A stretch of DNA of 63,455 bases, filler included, from Globobulimina sp. (Eukaryota): assembly GCA_003354225.1 (NCBI GenBank). It is 13 parts of 13 records of this genome, joined end to end, with 100 filler letters (N's around TTAATTAATTAA, not from the genome) between each part and the next. Parts side by side here need not be neighbours in the genome. Positions count along the whole stretch, not along the records: positions 19,583 to 24,373 come from PIVH01000920.1; positions 24,474 to 29,263 come from PIVH01000921.1; positions 29,364 to 34,153 come from PIVH01000922.1; 10 more parts are not named here. One strand, written 5' to 3'. This document shows positions 19,953 through 32,400 of this stretch, piece after piece. Both the position numbers and the translations under genes were made by a program. Positions within the stretch are counted from its first letter, which is position 1; every line of letters begins with the position of its first letter. The notes beneath the pieces are model-generated. The model had not been told where the DNA came from, ran no database searches, and was given only the letters and a program-made list of their open reading frames with translations.

Positions 19953-22859
19953 ATGAAAATATCAACATCTATCAACCATAATGATAATGGCTATTTTTTA
20001 AAATTGAATGGTCAAAAAGAAGAAAACATGGGAAAGAGACAAAATAATAAATGGTGTTGCTGTCATATTAAAATTCCAATCACTGGAAGAGTGCGTAGCA
20101 GATCGTTAACAGCACTGTTAATTGTATTTATTATCGATATGTTATCAAATATATATTTGTTATTTGCAACACGATATGGCCAATTTCACCAAGACACATC
20201 AGATACAGCTTTATTATGTTTGTTGCGGTTTTCATTATTAATTACATTGACTCTTATTGCTGTTCGTAAAGGAGTTCCAAAAGAATTATGGCTTCAACCA
20301 AACAATTCCAAACTTGCAGTGCCATCCGATGCAAAATTAGAAATATTAATTGAATTAAATGACAAAGCACAAAACAATCCGAACAAATTAGACGAATCAG
20401 CAGAGTCATCCGAAGAAGAATGCATTGAAGGAATCGAAGATAATCGTAAATTGCAACCACAATTTGATGACAAAGAAGAAATGGAAGATTATAAAAAACG
20501 ACGTAAAAGAGCAACTATTTATAAATATTGTATTTTATTCTTTATGTTTTTTTTATGTACAATATTCCAGTCATATATGGGCGTTAAATCAATAATATTT
20601 GTATTTGATGGGAAATATATCATATTTGAAGCAATCTCGTTTGGTGTAAGTATATTATGCATAAATATTGAAATATTTTTATTAAAAGACTTTATTGAGA
20701 ATGCAACCGATGACGGTGATAATATATTGATTAAATCGTTACATCCACACCATTTACAATATAAATCTGGTAAACAATATCATTGCGATATTTGTAGGAA
20801 ACCATCCGATAAAACCTATCGATGCATGGCCTGTTCTTATGATGTTTGTACTGATTGTTACAAAAAAGAGAAAAAAAGATTGAAAAAAAAAAGTGTTGAT
20901 GATGACGATGAAAAACAAGAAAAGATGAATTCGACGAGTTATTTAAGACGGAGTGTAAAACTATGCGCTCCGCATTGGCATATAATTGTTTCGGGGAGCA
21001 TCTTTTTGGTGATTTGCTGTATTTTACGCTTATTATTGCCTAGCATTCAAGGCAGAGTATTTGATAATATTATTGCTGGGAATAAATCTGCATTTATATG
21101 GATTATAAAATTGTATCTAATCATTTCTATATTGAACGGTGTATTTAATAGTTTGCGCGATATGATGTTTCAATTTTTTTGGCAGCGATTAACTGCGGGA
21201 ATACGCAAACAAATGTTTTCCAATATTACGGTTCAAGACATTACCTTTTTTGATAATACCTCCACCGGCGAATTACTGTCGAGATTGGGAAATGATGTCT
21301 GGAGAATGACCGATCCAATACATAATGTTTTGCGATCATCATTGTCAAATAGTTTATTATTATGTGGTGGCCTGATAATGTGTTTTGTGACATCATGGCG
21401 ATTATCAATGTTGGCATTCACCACATTAGCTCCAATTTTATATTTAACAACGCAATATTCCAAATGGAGCAGAAATATATGGGGTTCTATTTGGGGCTCT
21501 TTTGCCAAATCTACGTCTGTGGCACAACAGACATTTGCAAATATTAGGACTGTCCGCGCATTTGGTACAGAATTGAAAGAAATTGGAAAATATAATAAAT
21601 CCGTTGATGAAATGTTACGAAGCGGCATAATTGTCAATGTGGGCGGTATCATTGTTTCGTTTGCCACAAACTATTTAGATTTAGGCGCAAGTGTATTATT
21701 ATTGTATTTTGGTGGAATGGCTTTATTTGATATACAATTTGGTAATGACAACCAAACAGAATTAACAATTGGTAAACTTATTACATTTCAACTTTACTGG
21801 AATATGATGACAACCGCATACAAAGGATTACAAAACGTATTAACAGCTTTTACCAAAGGTTTAAGTGCGGGAGAAAGGGTATTGTTAATATTGGATAGAA
21901 TGAGTAAGCATAGCACCAATTTATATGATGGGAAAAAATGTGAATTAGATGGCGAAATATATATTGATAATGTCAATTTTACCTATGAATCAAGAGCAGA
22001 AGAACCAGTTTTAAAAGGGATTGATTTACATATTCTTCCATCGCAAGTTATTGCAATTGTGGGGAAATCGGGTGGCGGCAAAACAACTTTAATCCATTTG
22101 TTAATGCGGTTTTATGATATTGATATTTCGAATGGCGGCATATATTATAATAAAGAAAAAATAGCATTGAATGATTTAAATTTAACACAGTTTCGACAGC
22201 AAATCGGTTTCGTTGGACAAGAGACAGAAACATTTGATGCCTCTGTCCGGGATAATATTATCTATGGCTGTATCGACGGAAACGGCATGGATCGAGAAGT
22301 GAGTCTGCAAGAAATTATCCATTATTCAAAATTAGCAAATTGTCATGAATTTGTTTCAAAATTTGAAGAAAAATATGAAACGAAAGTTGGAGAAAGAGGG
22401 ATTAAATTAAGTGGCGGACAGAAGCAGAGGTTGGCCATCGCCCGAATGCTAATTAAAAGGCCAAAGATATTGTTATTAGATGAAGCAACGTCAAATTTGG
22501 ACACAGAAAGTGAAGCATTGGTTCAATCAGCAATTGACAAAACGATTTGGTTTAATAATGAAAAAGAAAAAGAAGAAAAATATGAAGGTGACGATAATGA
22601 TAATGAGAAAGAATTTGAGTTTAAAGCAAATGCAGTAATATTGATTGCTCATCGTTTGTCAACAGTTATTAATGCGGATAAAATTGCAGTTATTGATGAT
22701 GGCAAGATTGTAGAATTAGGGCGTCACGAACAATTATTAAAAATTGAGAATGGCGTTTATAAGAAATTGGTTCAAAGACAAATTCAAAAACAAAAAAACC
22801 AATTGAATCTACAGAAACAAGATACAAATAACGATTGTATTGACAATTTATTTGATTGA
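19953..22859 (+). CDS. ABCB (TAP/ABCB9/ABCB10-like) half-transporter with extra N-terminal TM region and C1/ZZ-like zinc finger
   Basis: QDITFFD..TGELLSRL, Walker A GKSGGGKTT, LSGGQKQRLAIAR, LLLDEATSNLD and IAHRLSTV. Finger LHPHHL..YHCDIC..YRCMACSYDVCTDCY lies before the core TMD. Confidence 0.93.
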   Translation: MKISTSINHNDNGYFLKLNGQKEENMGKRQNNKWCCCHIKIPITGRVRSRSLTALLIVFIIDMLSNIYLLFATRYGQFHQDTSDTALLCLLRFSLLITLTLIAVRKGVPKELWLQPNNSKLAVPSDAKLEILIELNDKAQNNPNKLDESAESSEEECIEGIEDNRKLQPQFDDKEEMEDYKKRRKRATIYKYCILFFMFFLCTIFQSYMGVKSIIFVFDGKYIIFEAISFGVSILCINIEIFLLKDFIENATDDGDNILIKSLHPHHLQYKSGKQYHCDICRKPSDKTYRCMACSYDVCTDCYKKEKKRLKKKSVDDDDEKQEKMNSTSYLRRSVKLCAPHWHIIVSGSIFLVICCILRLLLPSIQGRVFDNIIAGNKSAFIWIIKLYLIISILNGVFNSLRDMMFQFFWQRLTAGIRKQMFSNITVQDITFFDNTSTGELLSRLGNDVWRMTDPIHNVLRSSLSNSLLLCGGLIMCFVTSWRLSMLAFTTLAPILYLTTQYSKWSRNIWGSIWGSFAKSTSVAQQTFANIRTVRAFGTELKEIGKYNKSVDEMLRSGIIVNVGGIIVSFATNYLDLGASVLLLYFGGMALFDIQFGNDNQTELTIGKLITFQLYWNMMTTAYKGLQNVLTAFTKGLSAGERVLLILDRMSKHSTNLYDGKKCELDGEIYIDNVNFTYESRAEEPVLKGIDLHILPSQVIAIVGKSGGGKTTLIHLLMRFYDIDISNGGIYYNKEKIALNDLNLTQFRQQIGFVGQETETFDASVRDNIIYGCIDGNGMDREVSLQEIIHYSKLANCHEFVSKFEEKYETKVGERGIKLSGGQKQRLAIARMLIKRPKILLLDEATSNLDTESEALVQSAIDKTIWFNNEKEKEEKYEGDDNDNEKEFEFKANAVILIAHRLSTVINADKIAVIDDGKIVELGRHEQLLKIENGVYKKLVQRQIQKQKNQLNLQKQDTNNDCIDNLFD

Positions 22860-23114
22860 AAATGAGGATGCGAATTAATGCTAACACAATGACATACCTT
22901 TTATTCTGTGCTATAGTCCAGTTTCAAATGTATATTGGCTTGTATTTGTCGTTAGTTATTGCTTCTCCATTTGTGTGTTTTTGTGTGCTTTTATGATACG
23001 TTTTGTGTTATTTTTTTGTTTGTTAAATATATGCCCACGTTCATTTTACCCGTGCTGTGCGATATAGAAAAATAATTTGTTTTTTTAGTAGTTTAGTGGC
23101 ACACCAGACAGTTA

Positions 23115-24276
23115 ATGCCGTCGCTTGAGCAACAAAAGGACTATTTGGTATGCATATATTGCCAATGATCTCTACACAATACTAATGCAGTAATTTATTG
23201 TTACCATTCCTTTACAGAGAAAATTACGGAAAGGATCGTCAATCGATCCATCAATTCATCCACAGTGGACAATATCTGATTGGTTTCATTATTGGCTTAA
23301 ATTCCCAATCGAGTACTCATTAATTTTTTTATTGGTTGTGCCCGCCTGCATTATCTCGTTTCTATTTGCATTTTACGATGTTATTAAAAATGTATTCATC
23401 ACAAATAAGGCATCCATTAAAAAGGATTTGACACATAATTTGAATAAGAATCCGCAGTTTAACCTTAATTTTAATACGAATAATATTATCAACACCAACA
23501 ATGAAATATTATCAGTCATTATACCATGTTACAACGAATCGAATAACATCTTACCCACATTGATGTATTTGGATATACATTGTTCAGATTCGAGCAAAAT
23601 CGAAATCATATTAGTCGATGGCAATAGCTCTGATATTGCCTCATTAAGAAAAGCGGTGAATGACGTATTGACATATTTGAATGTAAAAGAATCGCAAATT
23701 AAAATCATAAACAAACCAAATGTATCCGGGAGAGGAACCTGTCAAAATATAGGTGTTGCTCATTGCAGCGGTGCATATTTGTTATTTGTTCACGCGGACA
23801 CCATCGTACCTCAACATTACGACAAAATAATCCGAGCTACACTCGATTGTAAGAAGAACAAAGCAGTGTTATTAGGTTCCTTTACCTTTGCAATCGATCG
23901 GTCATTGATGGAATATCCCGTTCCGGGCATTGGTTGGGTTGAGTTTTTTGCCCAAGTCCGCAATACATTGTTTTCATTGCCCTATGGCGATCAGGGATTA
24001 TTTATCAAAAGGGATCGGTTTATTGAGGTTGGCGGCTTTCAATGGATTCCGTTTTTAGATGATATTGAATTTGTAATGCGTTGCCGGGACATTGCGGCTT
24101 TACAAAAAGAGATAATATGCATTGATAGCAATTATGCGTATTGTTCGCCGAGAAGATGGCAAACAAAGGGCGTGGCAAAAAATACTGTGCGGAACCAATG
24201 GTTATTGTTTCTGTATACGAGGCTCAAACTAACACCGGAGAGAATATACCAAATTTATTATGGCAGGAAATTGTGA
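23115..24276 (+). CDS. GT2 glycosyltransferase, TIGR04283-like; intron 23148-23217
   Basis: LSVIIPCYNE, LVDGNSSD, GRGTCQNIG, LLFVHADT, LPYGDQGLFI..F.EVGGF..PFLDD and SPRRW..G. The spliced first exon MPSLEQQKDYL joins in frame. Confidence 0.8.
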
Positions 24277-24474
24277 CTGTTTATTTAACTTTTTGGCTTA
24301 GTTTCGTTTCGTTTCATTTCAATCGCATACTCGGTCAACTTCGAATACTAGGTTGAAAACCACTCTAGCTAACNNNNNNNNNNNNNNNNNNNNNNNNNNN
24401 NNNNNNNNNNNNNNNNNTTAATTAATTAANNNNNNNNNNNNNNNNNNNNNNNNNNNNNNNNNNNNNNNNNNNNG

Positions 24475-24633
24475 TATCAATTGCATACATGGAATATTCC
24501 AAATTGTACTGAATGTTTCAAACTGTTTAGAATATATCAGTATGGACGAAATTCATCTCATGATAATGATCTTTGCATGACTGGCTTTGAAGTATATGGC
24601 CAATTAAGCAGACTGCAGACTGCTGTCTCTTGA
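24475..24633 (+). CDS. C-terminal fragment with galactose-binding-like domain of HECTD1/BTB-associated type
   Basis: FRIYQYGRNSSHDNDLCMTGFEVYG; 5' truncated by the contig edge. Confidence 0.6.
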   Translation, partial: YQLHTWNIPNCTECFKLFRIYQYGRNSSHDNDLCMTGFEVYGQLSRLQTAVS

Positions 24634-24950
24634 CAATTGGTGATGCGTCTTATGATAATAAATAACCACAGAATACAAAATTGTAAACGGAGTCCGATGT
24701 GCCGTGTGCGTGCTGCAGTGTCATTGTTAGCAACTTTATATTTTTGGTTTTTCCTTTTCTCCCATAAATCGAATCCAAAACCATCAAAATTTATCTTGTG
24801 GCAATCATGCAATCTTTAATACCATATTTTTTAATGTTTTTTTTATTTGTGTTGTACGTCTTTAGAACCATACAAACACCACAACTGCTGTGCAACTGAC
24901 CTAAATTGAACGGTTTTCTCTAAAACATTCACACGTATTTTGCTTCATCA

Positions 24951-25928
24951 ATGTTGCTGTCTTTTTGTATTGTTGCATTATGTATAGTATTTCAAAGATT
25001 TATTCTTGGTAAAATATCTCAAGAAAAGTTGGAATTCTCTGGAAACGCATTGATAAACGACAAACAAATATGGATTTTAATTACAGGATCACTCATTCAG
25101 TTACTGCTTATCTTTCATATCTTATTATCATTGTAATCTTGAATCAAAATACAGTGCAACATTAGGTCATGAGGTAAATAATTTGTTATTTACATTTGTT
25201 GTATCATACGTTGCAGAAACACAATATTTGCTATCACCAATTTGGATAATCATAGTATTTACACTTAGCGGCATTATTGGTTGGCTCTTCTCATTGCTTT
25301 ATCATTACAGTCAACATGGTCAACTTGCTTTTTTTATTCCGGTGAGAGGCATCTCACCAAATATGTATGGTTTTGCCTTTTTTTGTTGCATTGTTTATTC
25401 AAACCAAATATTAAAGAATGTATTATTCATTCACCCCATCATTTGGATGTTATTCATCATTGGTTTACCTGTCTATTGCACCAATAACAAGAAACATAAT
25501 CCATTCATATGGACTCTCCTTTGGTTTATCATTTGTTGCATAACAACGCTTCTCTATAATCATACATCTTTACGCAAACAAATGACAATGGGAACATTTC
25601 TAAGTTTATATTTTATAAAATGCTTTATCAGTATGTTGTTTTTACAAAATAGAAGTAAAATAAAACCGATAACACATTAATTCCATTTGATTTCCAAATA
25701 GGTTATGCATATTTTGTGAAATTTTTAGGAAACCCATCATCTGCGGATCATGCATGTCATTTAGGAGGGAGTGTTGGTGGCATAATATTGGGAATTTATT
25801 ATTTATACATTCACAACAAACCATGGCCATATTATAGATTGGATGTGAATATTTGGAATGCAACAACTCGATGGGATTTCGTATTTCCTTTCGCAATGTT
25901 ATGGGTTAGGTTGCTAAATAACATGTGA
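24951..25928 (+). CDS. Rhomboid-like intramembrane protein (multi-exon, boundaries approximate)
   Basis: Multiple TM helices, RGISP (putative GxS) and DHACHLGGSVGG (HxxG motif of TM6). Confidence 0.6.
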
Positions 25929-25954
25929 ATTAAACAGAGGGAAAACTGACCAGC

Positions 25955-28460
25955 TCACTCTTTGTTGCTTGTTTTGCATTTACAAAGTCTTAAATTAATT
26001 TGTCTCTGCTCTCTTAACAAAGATTTGGTGTACTCCATATTGGTAAAAACAACAGGTGGTAGATCATTGTTTGTATTCTTGAATTGCTCCGTAAATTCCG
26101 ATCCATTTTGTTTGAATGATTCTATATCATATTCTCTGGTTAAACAGTGTTCAAACTTAAAATAATCCAATCTATCAATCAAAGGAACCATCATTCCATC
26201 TCGTTCAAGATTTGGTATTTTATATCCATTCCATTCATTTGCTTGATTTACTTCAATGTAAACAAAATATGTTAATATTTTATTCTCTTTTTTCAATTTA
26301 TAAATATTAAAAGTATTTGGGTCCATTACTTGTTGAATGACCAGTTGTATATCATTGTTATTATGATGTTGCAAATGAGTAACAACAGTAAACTCATTTG
26401 CATTTAATAGACAACAATCATATTTTCCATTTCCTGTCATATTGTTAATAGTTTCAATCACAAATTCAATCAACGGCTTGTCATTTAATATTAATTCAGC
26501 TGTAATTTCTTTATTTTGTGGAATATCACAAAAACAAAATCCTTTTGGCGCATCTATTTCATTGCAACTTCTATTCACTGAAATTATTTCTCTTATTATA
26601 TTTTTATACATTCTTTTTTTATGTGTATTGATTGGCAGAGACTCTTTTAACCAGTCAATCTCTTCTGCATTATTACTGTCATAATGGTCAGTAAAAAGTA
26701 ATGGGATTTGTTTGAAAAATACATGAAAATCATAATGGGTGACAAGTCGTTGTTGATTAATCCTTTGAAATGAATTGAAAAGATTGCCATTATCAAGTTA
26801 AAAAACGTCAGGTAGATTTTCATGGAAACCTTTGTCAATTCATTCCATGCACAAAAGAGTGAAAAAAATACCTCAATATCTCCATTTGATACTTGCTTAA
26901 TAAGTTGCGAGGAACAAATAAGATTGAAACAGGATTTGTAACCTCCCATCTTCCAAATTGTGTGGATGTCGAAGTGCCAACTAATGCTCCATGATCACCA
27001 ATTATATGAAATACAGTATTACTAAAATCAAAATACTCAACCAATTGCCGATAATATCGATCAATCACATACGAAAACCACCCATCCGCGCGATGATTGT
27101 CTTCCATATGAACCACCATAAAATACGGCAACGGTTTGTCATAATTATTATGCACATTATTCACTGTGTCAGTGACAAAATGAACCCATGCTTGCGTGCT
27201 CCAATACTGTATGTACTTACAATTGAATCCAAACACATTATGTGTCAAATAAAATGTATATTCCATAGTTTGATCCCATTGTTGCGATGTATAAATATTT
27301 GAATCATTCTTTGTGTCCCAACCAGAATGTATTACCGGTAAATATTCCTCCATTGCTGGTATAATATAACCCAATTTATGATAATATTCGAATAAATCTA
27401 ATTGTGATTTCATCCCATTGCCGCCTTGAACCATTGCCATTAAATTGACGCCCGTCCCCCATCCAACTGTACTGTGTCGAAAAAATTCAAACAATTCGTA
27501 TGAAATACCTTCACTTTTCTGCACATTTTGCAAGTAATTATCTGTGGATGTACTGCCACGATGGAAATTGGATCGCGATGTCGAATCCACAACAAATATA
27601 ATCACATTTGGCATGACATGTCTCTTAAATTTATGGCTTTCATATTTCTCTAACTGTTGTTGATATATTTTGGGTGCTCGGATTTTTAGTGGCAACACAG
27701 AAACATAATGATTATAAAAAATAAGGCCGAATGGCGACGAGGCATTGCAAGCCAACCAGATGGTTTGTGTTAAATTCTTTATTTCCAATTTAATCAATGA
27801 TGCATTCATTATATAATCAGAATTGTCATTAATTTCAGTCCATAAATTATCGGCATTGATTTTTTCTAAATTTCCACGCAAAATACTTTTGCTTTGATAT
27901 TGGAATATATTCATACATTTAAATTTATCTCTGTTTATCATAATATATCTTTCATATTTACTGATTTCTAGCAAATCGGACCATTTTTTGTGATCATTGC
28001 AACGATGTATTTTGTCATAAAATGGGTCTTTATGTTGTACGGCACTTTGAGATAATTCAAATCCGAAAATATTTGGAACAACGCAAGTTTCTGAAAATCC
28101 GATATTTGATAATTTAGTGTCGCCAATTCCTTTTATCCATTGTTCAAAAGATAATGGATTGCTCATTGCTTCATAATTTAATATAGTTTCTGTTTTATTG
28201 TTTAATGTATTTTCTAGCTGTTTGAGTTGTTTTGTGTAGTTTGTGATCAATAATTTATATTTGCTCATTTCATTTTCGTGTTTCTTATTTAATTTAGTGA
28301 TGTTTGTGGATTCAATTAAAAGGTTTGATGATGTGGGTAAATACTTGCAATCAATGGATGATATTGATCGTAGTATAAAACATTCTAACACGAGACACAA
28401 AAGTAAAACAATGGTAAAAGTAAATAAGCATTGTTTGTTAGGTTTGCCTAACACTGCCAT
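25955..28460 (-). CDS. DUF229 (sulfatase/alkaline-phosphatase superfamily) type II membrane protein; intron 26763-26871
   Basis: Signal anchor, PNVIIFVVDSTSRSNFHR, IIGDHG and GRWEVTNP. The spliced continuation NQQRLVTHYD...RSCNEIDAPKGFCFC joins ORF 25955-26611 in frame. Confidence 0.8.
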
Positions 28461-28740
28461 GGTTTTCTTTAGTCGCACTTTTTATGCTCGAGAATATGGC
28501 TATTTCCACAGAAACGGTACAGTTTGGAGATTCAAATCTATTCAAATCTATACAAATCTATACTTGTTTCTGTTGACTATTATTCCGTTTGTGTTGCCTC
28601 TGTTCCCTGTTCGTTTCTGCGTAGTGGAATTGTGGGAAGAACCATATTAAGAATTGCGATTTACATTTTTCTAGAAGTTATAGAACTAAAAATACAAAGC
28701 AAATTTGACTAAAAATACAAGCAAAATATAACATTGATAA

Positions 28741-29263
28741 TCACGTGCACGGATCTAACAATTTCTGTCCAGTTATCTTGTTAGATATCTCTTTGTTTGC
28801 AACCATTTGCAATTCTACATTTTTATTTTCTCTTCTTTTGGTCTTAGTTTTTTTAAATTTTGCTTCTTTTAATCTTTGTTTTTTCACATCAACTAATTCT
28901 AGCCCAAGTTGACAGAAAATAACACCAATAAACACAGTCAAAAATAAATGAGCAACAAAACGGTTTAATGGCTGAGTTCCTAAAATCTCCGACAAGGCGA
29001 TAGCTATAAACGATTCCCACGAATAACTCACAGAGACAGCAAACGCTAAATCATACGTCGAATGTAACTGGTCATAAAACAGCAATTTCTGTTTATTATA
29101 AACGATCATTTTCATCAATTCCCCATCTTCGTCAATATTATTCACAGACGATTTTAGTTGTTTTTTAATAGCGCCTATTTCCGCAATAATGTCTCTCTGT
29201 ATCCTTCTTTTATAATCGCTGAATATGAAACCAATGAACACAAACAACGAAGTCGCAGTTATA
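28741..29263 (-). CDS. C-terminal fragment of a multi-pass membrane protein
   Basis: Open frame from the contig edge with several hydrophobic helices and a basic tail. Confidence 0.5.
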
Positions 29264-29457
29264 NNNNNNNNNNNNNNNNNNNNNNNNNNNNNNNNNNNNN
29301 NNNNNNNTTAATTAATTAANNNNNNNNNNNNNNNNNNNNNNNNNNNNNNNNNNNNNNNNNNNNAAGTCCTTTTTAAAACTTAAAATAGTCGACATAATCT
29401 TATATTTGAAAACTAAAAAATCTTGTATTTGAAAAAATATAAAATTGAGGAAATAAA

Positions 29458-32400
29458 TTAATTCCTACCCAGGAGTCTACGTCGCTTGTCGACAATTTTA
29501 TTATTGCTTATTTCATTTGATGATAACTTTAATAATTGATCTTTTTTCATGCAAATTAATGCAAAACAATAAACTATTAACACCGCAGCAGCGATAGAAA
29601 CAACAATCAGCGCAATGGACAACAACTGCATCATATTATCATTAATAAAACATTGACAGATCGGGATCGTAGTTTGTGTGTTGATTTCATCACATTTAAA
29701 TTGCTTAATACCACCAAATGCGTTACAATTTTGTATACATTGTATTTTATTACACACACAAAACGAAGGTCCATCATACCCGCAACATGACTGCCGATTA
29801 TTGCCATTTGATGGCGGACTATAAACACTGTTGCACGGTGATGATGGTATTTGGTGAGTTAACTTAAAAAAATCTACTTTAACCGAATAAGCTATCGGAT
29901 TGCCATTGATTTCTGTTAGAATATAATCGATGGATAATGTCGGTGTGTAACTAAATATAAATGAAGAATCATCAGAAGCGGATACAATGGATGATGATGA
30001 TATTTGTGTTGGTGTAATACGTATGTTTCTTAATGAAAATCGACCTGAAAATTTGTTATTTCCCTTTGATTGAGCCGTGCGAACTGTTTCTTTGCTGCCA
30101 AAAACAGGAATTTTAATAGTCTTTACAATATCTGGCAGGCTGTATTCCTTCTTACCAAAAGTAAAACATTTCCGAGTTGATAATGCTGAGAATTCGTCGG
30201 CGTTCCACTGTCGTACTCCTAAATCATTTGCGTTTTGTATACTTTGAAATGAAATGGTCAGCTTATTTTCAATATTTTCTCGTGATATAATTTCATTATT
30301 TGCCACAGATTCATCGCCTGCGATATTTGTGATATATATTTCTTTTATTGCTGACGGTAAAACATAATAAGTTTGTGTCGCATATCCAAGTGATGCACTG
30401 CCAACAGTACAGGTCAAGCAATGCCATATATCATCGCTTACTGACTTAAAATTTAAATTGTACATAGCAATGGATTGGATCAGAAAAGCTCGATTATTGA
30501 CTTGAAAATATTTCCCTTTAAAATATAATGGATATTCAATATTTTGATCAATTTCACCACTGGAAATACCTGCGATTTTTATATAAATATGCGATTTTCC
30601 TCCATAAATTGGAATAATTGATTTCCGAAGCTTTGCTTTGTATTTATTATCTGGAATTTCTTTATAATTTATTAATTGGCTGTATATATCAAAATATTTA
30701 ATACCATGCTTGACATCACTGCCTCCGCACTGTTTGTTTGTTGTGATAATATCAATGCGGTCACATTCCTGATTACATTTAGTAGCATCTGCCTTTTTTG
30801 TGGTGTCTGGTATGTTTACCAAACACGCACATTTATTCCCATCAAAGAATGCAAAATATTTAAATTTACCTTTTTCTTCATTTCTACAATAATTGGAACA
30901 TGAAATGACGGATATTTTATCATTATCATTAAACCGTATGTTTGAACTTTGCAGTGATAAGTCGTAACAGCCAAAATAATATGAATTTGAATATAGTTTT
31001 ATTGCAAATATTGATATCAAATCGCAACTTGGATCATTGTTTACATTCTCTTTGCATTCACTTTTTGCCCACAAATGCGATGGATACTTAAATATATTTG
31101 TATTATTCAGAATGATTTGTCTTCTCGCAATTTTTTTATGTGCATTGCAATACATATCATCCACAAACGCATTTTTTGGTGTCCGATCAGTACAATAACA
31201 CGCACCATAATAAAATGCAAAATATTTATAATCATAACATGCTTCTTGACATAAATCCACTTTATCATCGATTTGATGATCACTGTAATATTTATGAATT
31301 GCTTTATCTTTATCAGTCTCAATTAATTTCATATCTTCTTCTTTATACAATACAAAACAGCCCAAATATTGCTCACTTTCCAATATTTCCTCTTTTACTT
31401 CAATCACAACATTTGACCTCATTGTTAGATCCATATTATACGGCCATTCCACACTTTTTGTTGTGATGTTGGTGGAAATTGTATCAGCTCCAATTGTCAA
31501 TGTACAAATATTAGAACTAACAGAAGATGCTACCGTTTGTTGTGTTAAATTGAATCTAATGACTGCCACTCCTTTATTCCTACCGCTATCATCCACGTTG
31601 AATGTCCCTAAACCTAAAACACTAAAATATTGATAAAAGTTACTGAAATACACCGCTTGTACACCACCGTTTGCATTCGAAATGGTAACAATACAATGCG
31701 CATTCGACAATATCCATTCATCGCTTTTATAGCCAAACGCCATGGTCTGATGCATCGCCATCAAATATGCCAACTTTAACTGCTGGTTATGTATCTCATA
31801 TGGCGACGGTTGCTTTGGTTTCTTATCCCCAACAATTTTGGAAAACGAATTAATTATCTCCTGTTTCTCCTTAATAACCAAAGATAAGCCACCAAACAAT
31901 TGATTAGATGCAGTAGACATTGTATCCAACAAAGTTTGAATTTCATTTTCTATCAAAGAGCCACCGCCAAACCCAAACGTCCCAAATACTTTAGGAAGCC
32001 AATTTTTATCAATCAATTTCCCAGCTGGCACTGCTGCTGTTTCGTCAATATCCCCATTTGTGTCCCAGCTGAAATACATTTCAGTATTAATTTCCGACTG
32101 TGCAGGATTTGAATTATGTAAATAGACTTGAAAACCACATTCGATGGCTTGCACTTTTAGAGGTTTGTTGGGTGGGTCTGGGAACCGCCCAGAATATAAT
32201 GTTATTTCTGACAAAGCTGACAAATCAAGACCTACTGAGACATCAATATCATTACTTCCACCTTCATTATCTGCATAATCTAAGTTTTCAAAGGCAGTCA
32301 CATCGTTAATATTTGTGCCGACATTGTTGATGTCCAATTTTGGATCGTTTTTCCAGTAACACGAGTTTTCAGTTTGCTCCCACATGCACTCCCAATTTGC

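Noticed and set aside
25955-26611. Stand-alone hypothetical 218-aa gene
   Set aside because: It is the last exon of the DUF229 gene, joined in frame through intron 26763-26871.
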